A DNA stretch of 64,000 nt from Eubacteriales bacterium (GTDB taxonomy: Bacteria; Bacillota; Clostridia; Christensenellales; Aristaeellaceae). The translations under genes were made by a program, and so were the position numbers. This document shows, piece after piece, positions 1 to 10,183 of the stretch (position 1 is the first letter of the stretch; every line of letters starts with the position of its first letter). Below the pieces are notes generated by a model. That model was not told where the DNA came from, made no database searches, and saw nothing but the letters and a program-made list of their open reading frames with translations. The stretch is from NCBI GenBank assembly GCA_031556065.1, contig JAVBTR010000012.1, positions 31 through 64,030 of the forward strand, written 5' to 3'.

Positions 1-183
1 TGTGCGGCGATTTTCGGTGGAATTTCGTAGAAATTCCTACCTTGCCCGAAGCCCTTTCAGGGCCTTAATGGGCCGATGGCCCCGACCGTAAAACCGAAGA
101 TTTTACAGTGCCGTGAGGGAAATCCCTCGTGCGACACCTGTGTCGCACGAAAGCGTCGACTTTGTCGACGCGCTGGAAGGGAT

Positions 184-1278
184 TTATCCTTTGACGGCCC
201 CTTCCTTTTTTGCGGCAACCAGTGCGCTGTTGATTACCTGATCCATATTGTAATAGCGGTACTCGCCCAGGCGGCCGCCGAAAAGCACGTTCTTTTCCTC
301 CTTAGCAAGAAAGGCATAGCGCGCAAATAAAAGGTTGTTTGCTTCATCGTTAACAGGATAATAAGGTTCGCCGTCGCCAAGGGAATATTCCCTTGTGATG
401 ACGGTTTTTTTCTGCTGGCCAAAAGCAAAATGCTTATGCTCGATAATACGGGTATAAGGGGTTTGCCCGTCGGTGTAGTTCATAACGGCCACCCCTTGAT
501 AATTTTCTACGTCCAAAGTTTCGGTTTCAAACCGCAGCGAACGGTATTGCAGCCGGCCCAGGGAATGGCCGAAATAAGCATCGATGGAACCGGTATAAAC
601 CACTTTTTTTGCCAACGCATTTAGTTCCTGCTTATGAGCGAGGTAATCCGTATCCAAGAGGATATCGCAGCCTTCCAGCATCTTTTCGATAATGGGCGTA
701 TATCCGCCTATGGGGATACCTTGGTAAGGATCGGTGAAGTAATTGTTGTCGAAGGTAAAACGAAGGGGAAGGCGGTTGATAATAGAAGGTGGCAGCTGGG
801 TACAGGGGCGGCCCCATTGCTTTTGGGTATAGCCTTTAATAAGGATTTCATACAGGTCCTGGCCGATAAGCTTAATGGCTTGCTCTTCCAAGTTCTGCGG
901 TGTGCCGCTTAAGGCGGACTGCTGCTTTGCAATCTTGGTTTTTGCTTGCTCCGGGGTGACCACACCCCACATTTGGTTGAAGGTATTCATATTAAATGGC
1001 AGGTTGAAAAGCCGGCCATTAAAGTTGGCAACAGGGCTGTTAATGTAATGATTAAATGTGGCGAACTGGCGGATATAATCCCACACATGAGCCATGCTGG
1101 TGTGGAAAATATGAGCCCCATAGGCATGCACGTCAATGCCTTCAATGTTTTTCGTATATACGTTGCCCCCAACATGAGAACGTTTATCTATTACCAGACA
1201 GGTCTTCCCAGCCTTGCGCATTTCATGGGCAAAAACCCCACCATATAAACCGGCACCAACAATTAAATAATCGTACAT
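184..1278 (-). CDS. glf: UDP-galactopyranose mutase
   Basis: The N-terminus MYDYLIVGAGLYGGVFAHEMRKAGKTCLVIDKRSHVGGNVYT is a Rossmann FAD motif, and the whole protein is Glf-like. I trimmed the start to the ATG at 1278, which is preceded by GGAGGGG. Confidence 0.9.
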   Translation of the reverse strand: MYDYLIVGAGLYGGVFAHEMRKAGKTCLVIDKRSHVGGNVYTKNIEGIDVHAYGAHIFHTSMAHVWDYIRQFATFNHYINSPVANFNGRLFNLPFNMNTFNQMWGVVTPEQAKTKIAKQQSALSGTPQNLEEQAIKLIGQDLYEILIKGYTQKQWGRPCTQLPPSIINRLPLRFTFDNNYFTDPYQGIPIGGYTPIIEKMLEGCDILLDTDYLAHKQELNALAKKVVYTGSIDAYFGHSLGRLQYRSLRFETETLDVENYQGVAVMNYTDGQTPYTRIIEHKHFAFGQQKKTVITREYSLGDGEPYYPVNDEANNLLFARYAFLAKEEKNVLFGGRLGEYRYYNMDQVINSALVAAKKEGAVKG

Positions 1279-1356
1279 AAAAAACCCCTCCTGAAAAGCA
1301 TTATAGCTTTTTATACAGAAGGGGTCAACCAAGGGTTCCGCTCGTTGCGCCCAGTA

Positions 1357-1902
1357 TTATTCTCTTATTTGCCTTTCTTTTTCTAAGGCGGCGATACGTT
1401 TGGTTACGCTTGAATGCAGCTTGTATAGCAAATAGGAAAGCCCGAACATGAGTATGGCGCAAAGGAAGTTCAACCAAGAAATAGGGGAGCGTAAGAAGAG
1501 AGAGACAAATAGGTTGTATAACCCTATGACCATTTCCAGGATGATTAAGGCTTGCCAGAATTTTTGCACCCGGCGGTAGTGGGCCAGCTTGGAATCCAGG
1601 TCTGAGAACAGATCAAAGGGCCCATCCTCTGCTTTTTTGCGAAAATACACCCAGCGCATATAGGTGGCAATGCATTCCACGTCGCTGTCTTCCATAAAGG
1701 CGATGTATTCTCTGCTCTTTTCGTGGGTGGCCAATTGTTCCAGTAGCTCGATGCGGTAGATGTATTCGCCTTTTTCCGCATCTTCGAAGGTGTATTTGCA
1801 CCAGCTGTAATCGATCAGTGCCAGGCCGTTTTTTGCCATACGGTTCAGCCAGGTTTCTTCGTTTTCGTAGTTCCAGTACGCTTTACGGATCACTGTTTTC
1901 AT
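1357..1902 (-). CDS. DUF2812-type membrane protein (usual partner of PadR)
   Basis: The N-terminus is YWNYENEETWLNRMAKNGLAL and the C-terminus has two TM helices. It overlaps the stop codon of the upstream padR gene. Confidence 0.7.
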   Translation of the reverse strand: MKTVIRKAYWNYENEETWLNRMAKNGLALIDYSWCKYTFEDAEKGEYIYRIELLEQLATHEKSREYIAFMEDSDVECIATYMRWVYFRKKAEDGPFDLFSDLDSKLAHYRRVQKFWQALIILEMVIGLYNLFVSLFLRSPISWLNFLCAILMFGLSYLLYKLHSSVTKRIAALEKERQIRE

Positions 1903-2216
1903 GAAACCACCTCCTGGGCATTTTGCAATAGCTCTTTAAGCCGTTGAATTTCCCCTGTGACCATGTCTTTGCCAAGGCCAGTAATAATGTATTCCTTCTT
2001 GCGAGAATCTTGCAAGCTTGGCACATCCTGGATCCACCCCTTATCAAGCAGGGTGTTGATAGCCCCGTACAGGGTACCTGCACCAAGGATCACGCGTCCG
2101 TTGCTTAACCGCTGAATTTCTTTAATGACCCCATAGCCGTGGCGTTTCTCGTAAAGAGAGAGAAGAATGTAAAAGACAGCTTCTGTTAAAGCGCCTCTTT
2201 CAAAACTTTCCGGCAT
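1899..2216 (-). CDS. PadR family transcriptional regulator
   Basis: The winged-HTH signature is FYILLSLYEKRHGYGVIKEIQRLSNGRVILGAGTLYGAINTLLDKGWI. The start MPESF at 2216 has AAAGGAGG 7 nt upstream. Confidence 0.85.
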   Translation of the reverse strand: MPESFERGALTEAVFYILLSLYEKRHGYGVIKEIQRLSNGRVILGAGTLYGAINTLLDKGWIQDVPSLQDSRKKEYIITGLGKDMVTGEIQRLKELLQNAQEVVS

Positions 2217-2265
2217 GAGCTGACCTCCTTTCATCGGCTACCGGTATATCGGCTTCCGTAATAAT

Positions 2266-2294
2266 ATTATATCGGCTGGCGATATAGTTGTCAA
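2266..2294 (-). promoter_or_regulatory. Consensus sigma-70 promoter for padR (minus strand)
   Basis: The minus strand reads TTGACA (2289-2294), a 17-nt spacer, then TATAAT (2266-2271). A 7-5-7 inverted repeat TATATCG-gctgg-CGATATA (2268-2286) sits inside it. Confidence 0.55.
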
Positions 2295-2309
2295 TACTTA
2301 TTTTCGTTG

Positions 2310-2338
2310 TTGACAAGCGGATCGAATTTCTATATAAT
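2310..2338 (+). promoter_or_regulatory. Consensus sigma-70 promoter for xylAB
   Basis: TTGACA (2310-2315), a 17-nt spacer, then TATAAT (2333-2338). Confidence 0.6.
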
Positions 2339-2355
2339 TCAAATAGTAAAAGAAA

Positions 2356-2371
2356 ATGTGCACGAGCACAT
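2356..2371. promoter_or_regulatory. ATGT-N8-ACAT palindrome (PadR-type operator pattern)
   Basis: ATGTgcacgagcACAT lies about 10-25 nt downstream of the predicted xylA transcription start. Confidence 0.4.
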
Positions 2372-2412
2372 GAATCGAATAGAACATGATAAATGAAGGG
2401 GGAACCATCACC

Positions 2413-3732
2413 ATGGCAGAAATTTTTAAGGACCTGAAGAAAGTGGCCTACGAAGGCCCCAAATCCACCAACCCTTATTCCTTTAAGTATTTCGATCCCG
2501 ATAAAGTGATTCTCGGCAAAACCATGAAGGAACATTTGCCCTTTGCTATGGCTTGGTGGCATAATCTCTGCGCTACCGGCGTTGATATGTTTGGCGCAGG
2601 CACAGCGGAGAAATCTTTCGGCGCACAAGCGGGCACCCTGGAACATGCCATTGCCAAGGTGGACGCGGGCTTTGAATTTATGCAAAAGCTGGGTATTGAA
2701 TACTTTTGCTTCCACGATGTGGACTTGGTTCCCGAAGGGGATACCATCGCGGAAACCAACAAGCGGCTGGATATCGTCACCGATCATATCCTGGTCAAAA
2801 TGAAGGAAACCGGTATTAAGTGCCTGTGGGGCACCGCCAACATGTTCTCTAATCCCCGCTTTATGAATGGCGCTGGTTCCACCAACTCTGTAGATGTGTA
2901 CTGCCACGCCGCGGCTCAGATCAAAAAAGCCCTGGATTGCACCGTTAAATTGGGCGGCAAGGGTTATGTGTTCTGGGGCGGCCGTGAAGGCTACGAAACC
3001 CTGCTGAACACCGATATGAAGTTTGAACAGGAAAACATTGCGGCGCTGATGAAGATGGCGGTTGAGTATGGCCGTTCCATTGGCTTTACAGGCGATTTCT
3101 TCATCGAGCCCAAGCCCAAGGAACCCATGAAGCACCAGTACGATTTCGACGCGGCTACCGCCATTGCTTTCGTGCGCCAACATGGCCTGGATAAAGATTT
3201 TAAGATGAACATCGAAGCCAATCATGCTACCTTGGCTGGCCATACCTTCCAGCACGATCTGCGGATCTCCGCCATGAACGGTATGCTGGGTTCCATCGAC
3301 GCCAACCAGGGCGATTATCTTCTGGGCTGGGATACGGACCAATTCCCCCAGAACGTTTATGAAACCACCCTTTGCATGTATGAAGTATTGAAAGCAGGCG
3401 GTCTTGTAAATGGCGGCTTCAACTTCGACGCGAAAAACCGCCGCCCTTCCTACACCATGGAAGACATGTTCCTGGGCTTCATCCTGGGCATGGATAGCTT
3501 CGCCCTGGGTCTGATTAAGGCTGCCGCCATTATCGAAGATGGCCGTATCGATGGGTTCATCAAAGAACGCTACGCTTCCTTCGAAGGGGAACTGGGACAG
3601 AAGATTCGTGGCGGCAAGGCCAACCTGGCTGAATTGGCCGCTATTGCGGAAATCAACGGCGCCCCCGCCCTTCCCGGCAGCGGCAGGCAAGAATATCTGG
3701 AGAGCATTCTCAACAATATTATGTTCAACTAA
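2413..3732 (+). CDS. xylA: Xylose isomerase
   Basis: The protein is XylA-like along its full length ([29 protein letters not shown]...FHDVD...WGGREGY...EPKP). There is an RBS before the ATG at 2413. Confidence 0.95.
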   Translation: MAEIFKDLKKVAYEGPKSTNPYSFKYFDPDKVILGKTMKEHLPFAMAWWHNLCATGVDMFGAGTAEKSFGAQAGTLEHAIAKVDAGFEFMQKLGIEYFCFHDVDLVPEGDTIAETNKRLDIVTDHILVKMKETGIKCLWGTANMFSNPRFMNGAGSTNSVDVYCHAAAQIKKALDCTVKLGGKGYVFWGGREGYETLLNTDMKFEQENIAALMKMAVEYGRSIGFTGDFFIEPKPKEPMKHQYDFDAATAIAFVRQHGLDKDFKMNIEANHATLAGHTFQHDLRISAMNGMLGSIDANQGDYLLGWDTDQFPQNVYETTLCMYEVLKAGGLVNGGFNFDAKNRRPSYTMEDMFLGFILGMDSFALGLIKAAAIIEDGRIDGFIKERYASFEGELGQKIRGGKANLAELAAIAEINGAPALPGSGRQEYLESILNNIMFN

Positions 3733-3756
3733 TTCGCATATTTGGAGGATTCCTTG

Positions 3757-5280
3757 ATGAAATACGTTTTAGGTATTGATTTGGGAACTTCCGGCACCAA
3801 GACCGTCTTGTTTTCACAGGACGGTCGTGCCGTTTGTTCCGCATCTTACGAATATCCCATGTACCAGCCCCAGAACGGCTGGGCAGAGCAAAAACCAGAG
3901 GATTGGTGGGCAGCGGCCCAGGATACCATTTCCCGGGTGGTGAAGCATTCCGGCGTTAACAACGAAGACATTGTTTCCATCGGTATTTCCGGCCAGATGC
4001 ACGGTCTGGTAATGCTGGACGAAAATGGCGATGTGCTTCGCCCGTCGATTATCTGGTGTGATCAGCGCACGCAAAAAGAATGCGACGAGATCACCGAAAA
4101 GGTGGGCGCCAAGCGGCTTATTGAGATCACCGCTAACCCGGCACTCACCGGCTTTACTGCTTCTAAGATTCTTTGGGTAAAAAACAACCAGCCGGAAATA
4201 TACGCCAAGTGCCGCCATATCCTTCTGCCAAAGGATTACCTGCGCTTCAAGCTTACCGGGGATTATGCTACAGAGGTTTCCGATGCCAGCGGTATGCAGC
4301 TGTTGGATGTGCCAGGCCGCTGCTGGTCTGAAGAGGTGTGCGGTAAACTGGGCATCGATATGGCCATGTTAGGCAAGGTCTACGAAAGCCCGGAGGTCAC
4401 AGGTCATATTGATTCTAAGGCTGCGGCACTGACTGGCCTTAGCGAAAAAACCCTGGTGGTTGGCGGCGCGGGAGATAACGCGGCGGCTGCGGTAGGTACC
4501 GGCGTGGTTGAAAACGGCAAGGCCTTTACCACCATCGGCACCTCCGGTGTGGTATTCGCCCATTCCGACCATATCACCATCGATCCATTAGGCCGGGTGC
4601 ATACCTTCTGCTGTGCGGTGCCGGGTGCATGGCATGTCATGGGCGTAACCCAGGCGGCAGGCCTTTCTCTTCAGTGGTTCCGCAACAATTTCTGCGGCGC
4701 GGAAGTGGAAACAGCAAAGCTCATGGGTACGGATTCCTATGTGCTGATGAACCAAGAGATTGAAAAGAGCCCCATAGGTGCCAACCGACTTTTATACATG
4801 CCTTACTTGATGGGCGAGCGGACCCCTCACCTGGATGCGGATTGCCGTGGGGCTTTCGTGGGCCTTAGCAACATTCACACCAAGGGCGATATGATGCGGG
4901 CCGTAATGGAAGGGGTTACCTATTCCCTGAACGACTGCCTGAATGTGTTGGATGGCATGGGCGTGAAGCCGGAAGCCATGTTGGCCTGCGGCGGCGGGGG
5001 AAAATCCCCCCTGTGGCGGCAAATGCTGGCGGACGTGTTTGGCCTTCCTGTGATGACCACCCAAAACACCGAAGGCCCTGCCTTAGGCGTGGCCATTCTG
5101 GCTGGGGTCGGCGCGGGGCTGTACAAATCTGTGCCAGAGGCTTGCCGGGAAATGATCCACAACAACACGCCCCAAGAGCCTGTCAAGGAAAATACCGAAA
5201 AGTACCGCCAGTGCTATGAGGTATACACAAGGGTATATCCGGCATTAAAAGGGATTTACAAAGACATGAAAAACCTGTAA
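3757..5280 (+). CDS. xylB: Xylulokinase (FGGY family)
   Basis: MKYVLGIDLGTSGTKTVLF followed by GISGQMHGLV and an FGGY C-terminal domain. GGAGG lies upstream of the ATG at 3757. Confidence 0.92.
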   Translation: MKYVLGIDLGTSGTKTVLFSQDGRAVCSASYEYPMYQPQNGWAEQKPEDWWAAAQDTISRVVKHSGVNNEDIVSIGISGQMHGLVMLDENGDVLRPSIIWCDQRTQKECDEITEKVGAKRLIEITANPALTGFTASKILWVKNNQPEIYAKCRHILLPKDYLRFKLTGDYATEVSDASGMQLLDVPGRCWSEEVCGKLGIDMAMLGKVYESPEVTGHIDSKAAALTGLSEKTLVVGGAGDNAAAAVGTGVVENGKAFTTIGTSGVVFAHSDHITIDPLGRVHTFCCAVPGAWHVMGVTQAAGLSLQWFRNNFCGAEVETAKLMGTDSYVLMNQEIEKSPIGANRLLYMPYLMGERTPHLDADCRGAFVGLSNIHTKGDMMRAVMEGVTYSLNDCLNVLDGMGVKPEAMLACGGGGKSPLWRQMLADVFGLPVMTTQNTEGPALGVAILAGVGAGLYKSVPEACREMIHNNTPQEPVKENTEKYRQCYEVYTRVYPALKGIYKDMKNL

Positions 5281-5286
5281 GCTAAG

Positions 5287-5310
5287 AGCACGGCAATACG
5301 CCGTGCTTTT
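5287..5310 (+). terminator. Rho-independent terminator after xylB
   Basis: An 8-bp stem AGCACGGC/GCCGTGCT followed by a T run. Confidence 0.6.
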
Positions 5311-5331
5311 AACTTACAAAGGGTGAAATGA

Positions 5332-6207
5332 ATGACGGTTTTAAAGCTCTCCAGGCGGAATCTGGCATGGGCGGTTGTTTTTTGGACGGTGCTGCTGGCT
5401 TTTACCTTCATGGCGCTAATCAGTGCGGTGCCAGGTTTAATATCGTTTTTATTTGCCCCACGGCTTAACATGGAAGCGGCGCTTATAGCGGCTCAAAATG
5501 AAAAGTGGCAGGAATCCAGGCAAACTTGTTTTGATCAAACCAGGGGTTATGTCAATTCGCAGATAATGGAAGCCAGCCTGTATGAGGGACGGTTTACCCA
5601 ACATGGCTTTACCTATTTTTCATTTATGCCCCAGCAATTGGTAAAGACCAATGTGTACCAGGAAACCACTCGCACCATTGAAGGCAGTATGGGCTTGGGA
5701 ACCATCGCCAGTGGCAAATTTGAAAGCTATTATGCCATTGCCTTGGTGGATGGAGCATGGTTGCCGGTTAAATACAGCGAGCCTTCGCAAATAGAAGGGA
5801 AAGCCAGGTTCGCAGGGGTGCTTTTGCCCTCCCGCCTGGAAGGTAAACGTATTTTGGAGCAGATGGGGATTGCATCAGAATTACCGGAGCTTCCTTATGA
5901 ATTGGATATGACCCGGCGCTTTTTAATTATTTTGATATCCCAATGCCTTTTGGCAGGCATTCTTTCCTTCGCCAGCGTGTGGGTTTCGAAAAAGGTGTTA
6001 AACCAGATCGAGAATAAGCAAAGCCGCCCTGTTTACCGGGGCATTGCTGCGTATAAGGTAACGGAAGAGCAAATGGACGAGATGCTTAAAAGCGCCGTTA
6101 AAACCAAAGGCCATTATATAGCGCAATGGCTGGTTCTGACGCCCCTTTTGTTTACCTCTCTTGTAAAGCTGAATGGCCATCATCCCAAGGCGCGGGAGTG
6201 GATGTAG
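5332..6207 (+). CDS. Hypothetical membrane protein
   Basis: It has an N-terminal TM helix and a second TM helix near residue 200. I recognise no domain. Confidence 0.5.
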   Translation: MTVLKLSRRNLAWAVVFWTVLLAFTFMALISAVPGLISFLFAPRLNMEAALIAAQNEKWQESRQTCFDQTRGYVNSQIMEASLYEGRFTQHGFTYFSFMPQQLVKTNVYQETTRTIEGSMGLGTIASGKFESYYAIALVDGAWLPVKYSEPSQIEGKARFAGVLLPSRLEGKRILEQMGIASELPELPYELDMTRRFLIILISQCLLAGILSFASVWVSKKVLNQIENKQSRPVYRGIAAYKVTEEQMDEMLKSAVKTKGHYIAQWLVLTPLLFTSLVKLNGHHPKAREWM

Positions 6208-6218
6208 AAACAGGGGGA

Positions 6219-6911
6219 ATGCAGATGATACACGGTTATAATGGTTTTGTGCAGGCGCTTTTAAAAGCCGGGTTTTCCATGAGCGGCAAATGCGACGGTG
6301 TGTTTTCACTGATCGATTTTGGCTGGGAGGAGCAGCCCCCCGATAGCCCCATCCGCTGGCATACAGGGGACCCTGATACCGATCCCTGGGAATGGCGCAA
6401 GCGGGTTTTGGAGCAGCGGGATGATATTCTATACGGCAAGGTGTTCTTTAAAAAGGCTGGGTATATTTTAGGGGATATGCTGCCTTTGTTTCTGGCGGCC
6501 AGAGGGGCAGACAGGGCTTTTGAAGAACGGTACGCCGATGGGCTTATAAGCCATGAAGGGAAAAGAATATTTAAGGTGCTGGAAGAAAACGGCCCTTTGC
6601 CGCTGGAGGAGATCAAGGCCCTTGGAGGCTTTTCCAGGGAGAACAAAAGTGCCTTTGACAGAGGACTTACGGAACTGCAAATGCGCCTTGATATTACCAT
6701 GTGCGGTACACGGCAAAGGCGGAATAAGTTCGGCGAAGAATACGGCTGGCATTCTACAGTGCTTTGTCTGATGGAAGAAAGGTTCCCGGAGGCGAAAGAA
6801 AAAGCCGCCTCCATTAAAAAGGACGCGGCCATAGTAGAATTAACACAGCGTGTGCTGGAATTGAACCCTCAGGCGGATTTGAAAAAGACCAGGAAGTTTA
6901 TTTTGGGCTAG
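6219..6911 (+). CDS. Hypothetical protein (possible winged-helix protein)
   Basis: The ORF uses codons consistently and starts at MQMIHG after a purine-rich RBS. I cannot assign a family with confidence. Confidence 0.5.
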   Translation: MQMIHGYNGFVQALLKAGFSMSGKCDGVFSLIDFGWEEQPPDSPIRWHTGDPDTDPWEWRKRVLEQRDDILYGKVFFKKAGYILGDMLPLFLAARGADRAFEERYADGLISHEGKRIFKVLEENGPLPLEEIKALGGFSRENKSAFDRGLTELQMRLDITMCGTRQRRNKFGEEYGWHSTVLCLMEERFPEAKEKAASIKKDAAIVELTQRVLELNPQADLKKTRKFILG

Positions 6912-8200
6912 TGCCAATCTAGCTGATACTCGTTAACCATGGGGTTTGCGTACCAATACTTGCCTGGGTGCCAGGTGTAATCCTTCATATCGAACAGCTT
7001 TGCGGCCTTATCGGCCGCGTTTTTCATGTTGGCCAGGGCACGGTTGTAGGCCCTTATGTCTGCGCCGGTTTGGGTATAGGAGCAAAGGGTAAAGGCATCC
7101 ATGGTTTCTTCAAGGGCGATTGCAGCCGCTTCCAAGGCTTCTTTTTTAGCATCGGTATCCCCCTGACCGCAGGCAGCAAGCAATTCTTTGGTGACATTGA
7201 TGGCATAGACGCCCTTAAAGCCTGTTTCGTCCAGCCAATCGGTGTATTTTTTGTTCACATAGGGCAGCTGCGCCGCCTGCACATCCCACACGGCTTTGAT
7301 GACAGCTTGACGGTTTTCTTGGTCGGTGTAGGTAAAATTGAAATTGCCCGGACCCGAACGGTAAGGGCCTTCCAGCACATAGCTGGCCATCTGGCTCAGG
7401 TCCAGCTTCATAATGGTGGGGAGCAAAGCCAACGTTTCCATAGTGGATATATTGGTGAAAAAATGAAGATCCTCTGAAGTTAACAGATTCACCAGGCCAG
7501 CAATGGCTTCTGGTTGGGCCATCATTTTTTGCAGGATGGCTGTCATCAGTTCCCTTTGGCGGTTGGTTCGGCCAAGATCGGTTTTGTTCACGCTGGCAAT
7601 GACCCGGGCCCTGAGATAATCGGCGATACCAAGGCCGTCTAAATGCTGCCAGCCCTTTTCATATTTGCGGCTGTAATGAGAATAGGTCATTTCCAGTTCG
7701 AAATCCACCCCGCCGATAGCGTCCCCGATGGCGATCATGGCAGCAAAATCCACAGCGCAGTAGGCATCGATTGGAATACCGCCTAAGGTTCGGCTGACGG
7801 CTTGGCAGCACACCTCCAGCCCCTCTTCCACAGTAGCAGCGCAGTTTACGGCGGAGTTCAGCTTATACAGGCCGCTGGCCCCTGGCACATAGGTTACCGT
7901 GTCCCGTGGAATGGATACCAGGGTGGCCTTGTTTTCATCTAAATCCAAAGCGACCACCATGACTGCGTCGGTATGGCAATCGCTTAATTCGCTTTTTTTG
8001 CCGCTGCCCCGGTACATTTCCCCGCCGTAATCGATGCCCAGAACCAGCAGGTTAAAAAACCGATGCGGGGTTTGAATGGTTTCCAAAGGTGCGTCCTTAT
8101 CCATTAAAGGGTGAACAGGGGGAGCGACGGTTTCTTCGCACAGGGCGGATGAAAAAATAAAGCACAATGCTAAAAAGCAAATTAAAAAGCGCCGCATCAT
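6908..8200 (-). CDS. LCP (LytR-CpsA-Psr) family protein
   Basis: A signal/TM N-terminus is followed by LLVLGIDYGG...HTDAVMVVALD...LVSIPRDT. The start MMRRF at 8200 follows GGAGG. Confidence 0.85.
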   Translation of the reverse strand: MMRRFLICFLALCFIFSSALCEETVAPPVHPLMDKDAPLETIQTPHRFFNLLVLGIDYGGEMYRGSGKKSELSDCHTDAVMVVALDLDENKATLVSIPRDTVTYVPGASGLYKLNSAVNCAATVEEGLEVCCQAVSRTLGGIPIDAYCAVDFAAMIAIGDAIGGVDFELEMTYSHYSRKYEKGWQHLDGLGIADYLRARVIASVNKTDLGRTNRQRELMTAILQKMMAQPEAIAGLVNLLTSEDLHFFTNISTMETLALLPTIMKLDLSQMASYVLEGPYRSGPGNFNFTYTDQENRQAVIKAVWDVQAAQLPYVNKKYTDWLDETGFKGVYAINVTKELLAACGQGDTDAKKEALEAAAIALEETMDAFTLCSYTQTGADIRAYNRALANMKNAADKAAKLFDMKDYTWHPGKYWYANPMVNEYQLDWH

Positions 8201-8251
8201 AGCACACCTCCTTCCAAGAAGTATACCATGTTTGCGGCGCAATTAGAAGGC

Positions 8252-10183
8252 TTATTTGCTTTGCTCTGTAACAATTTTGCCATATGTTCTGGCAGTCAAA
8301 AGGTAAACGATCAGGTAGAAAATGGCGAACAGCCCGCAGGTGGCCAAGGTGAAGTCCATAAACGGAGCGGATTCGGGCATGTTCATTAGAAGCATGATTT
8401 TTCGAATCATGGGGTAGGCGAACAATAAGTGGACAAAGGCTGTGATCAAAGGCAGGAAGAATAGCATAAGGGTTTGGGAATGGATGGCCTTTCTCACTTC
8501 GTTGTGGCTAAGTCCCACGTTTTGCATGATGGTGAAGCGATCCTTGTCGTCGTACCCTTCGGAAATTTGCTTGTAGTAGAGGATCAGTACCGTAGCCATT
8601 AAGAACAATAGACCCAGGAATAACCCCAGGAAGAAGAAGCCTGCGTACATGCCCTGGACTTCTACACCACCGGAGGCACGGCACTCCCAGAAGCCCAGCT
8701 TTTCCTTACGCAACTCTTTTTCTAGCCCTATTTGCTCTTTGGACGATAGATTGGTATCGAAACGTAGGTTGTAGGTAGGGTTAATGTTTAACCCATGGGC
8801 CATTTCAAGGACGGTAGCGGTGTCCTTTACCACCAGGTAAACATTAGGGTTAAGGCTCACGAAAGCGTTGAATTTGGCTTCAAGGGCGGGGGTTTTGGAA
8901 GCTTCTTTTACGGTAAAGACATAGCCGCCCAGTTGAATGGTAGACTCTTCATAGCGAATGGCTTCGGAAAAAACCATGGCTTCGCCATCTTTTAAGGGTT
9001 GACCCAGGCCCGTTTCCCGTGTGAAATCCTCCTGGGCAAGAACATAGTACCGATAGACTTCGTTTTCTTTGGCTTCCGCCAGGCCAATTTGGCGCATGCT
9101 CCATTGGTTTGTCATGGTACCGTTAGCCGCCGCCAGATGGGTTTGAATAATGCCATCCATACGGGCGATGTCTTCCTGGGTTTCAAAGGAGGCTTGCAAA
9201 TTGAACTCGCTGGGATACCGCTGCGCAACGGCCTCGTCCAGCCCTGCGATCAGGGCCGTGGTGGTGGACATCATCACCAATACCATGGTGGAAAGAATGC
9301 AAATGTTGGCAAGGCCAACGGCGTTTTGCTTCATACGGTAAAGCATGCCGGAAACGGAAATAAAGTGGTTGGTTTTGTAGTAATAATTTCTGTTCTTTTT
9401 AAGGGCTTTCAGCAGCGTGATGCTGCCCGCAGTGAAAAGCAGGTAAGTACCGATGATCACCAGAATCACAGCGAGAAAGAAGGAGGTCAGGGCGGTAACA
9501 GGGTTTTCCACCGTTAGAGAAAGAGAGTAGCCGATCCCCAGGGTAATCAGGCCTAAGATCGTGAGCACCCATTTGTTTTTCGGCTCTTTTTCCCCTACAT
9601 TGCCGCCCTTTAAAAGCTCTACGGGCTTGGACAGATGCACCTGCCAAAGGGAATGGAGGAACGTTAAAAAGAAGATGCCAAAAAACAGTGCGATGGTGGG
9701 AATAAAGCTTAAAACCGTGAAGGACAGGGAAAAAGTCTGCTCGGTGCCTAGTACCTTGCAAAGCAAAAGCGCCATCAGCCGTGAAAACAGCATGCCTGTT
9801 AAGATACCAAGGACAATGCTTACAGAGGCGGTAATCAGTGTTTCAATGAGCATGAGCTTGGAAAGATGCTTCTTTTCCATACCAAGAATGTTAAATAGAC
9901 CTATTTCCTTTTTCCGCCGCTTGATGACGAAGCTATGGGTATAAAAAAGGAAGATGGCAGCGAAAATGCCTACGATCACAAGGCCCATGCTGAGTATAAT
10001 ACGGATGTAATCCGCCCCGGCAGGCAGGGCGTTTAGCCCCTTATCCAAGGTTAGGGAGATCATCATGAAGAACATGGCCACGGTAAAAATGGCGGTAAGC
10101 ATATAGGGCACAAAGGTGCGGCGGTTCTTGACCATGTTGGAAAACGCCAGACGGGTATAAAACCATTTACGCATGGGTTTCAC
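8252..10183 (-). CDS. BceB-like ABC transporter permease (FtsX domains)
   Basis: A 643-aa, roughly 10-TM protein with a large extracellular loop. It overlaps the ATPase gene. Confidence 0.85.
   Translation of the reverse strand: MKPMRKWFYTRLAFSNMVKNRRTFVPYMLTAIFTVAMFFMMISLTLDKGLNALPAGADYIRIILSMGLVIVGIFAAIFLFYTHSFVIKRRKKEIGLFNILGMEKKHLSKLMLIETLITASVSIVLGILTGMLFSRLMALLLCKVLGTEQTFSLSFTVLSFIPTIALFFGIFFLTFLHSLWQVHLSKPVELLKGGNVGEKEPKNKWVLTILGLITLGIGYSLSLTVENPVTALTSFFLAVILVIIGTYLLFTAGSITLLKALKKNRNYYYKTNHFISVSGMLYRMKQNAVGLANICILSTMVLVMMSTTTALIAGLDEAVAQRYPSEFNLQASFETQEDIARMDGIIQTHLAAANGTMTNQWSMRQIGLAEAKENEVYRYYVLAQEDFTRETGLGQPLKDGEAMVFSEAIRYEESTIQLGGYVFTVKEASKTPALEAKFNAFVSLNPNVYLVVKDTATVLEMAHGLNINPTYNLRFDTNLSSKEQIGLEKELRKEKLGFWECRASGGVEVQGMYAGFFFLGLFLGLLFLMATVLILYYKQISEGYDDKDRFTIMQNVGLSHNEVRKAIHSQTLMLFFLPLITAFVHLLFAYPMIRKIMLLMNMPESAPFMDFTLATCGLFAIFYLIVYLLTARTYGKIVTEQSK

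Noticed and set aside
2200-3690. A 496-aa ORF on the minus strand.
   Set aside because: It is entirely antisense to the unmistakable xylA gene, has no recognisable motifs and has an odd, low-complexity composition. This is a typical shadow ORF in GC-biased coding DNA.
6236-6832. A 198-aa minus-strand ORF.
   Set aside because: It is antisense to the better-supported plus-strand ORF at 6219-6911, and its product is Ser/Pro/Leu-rich and nonsense-like.
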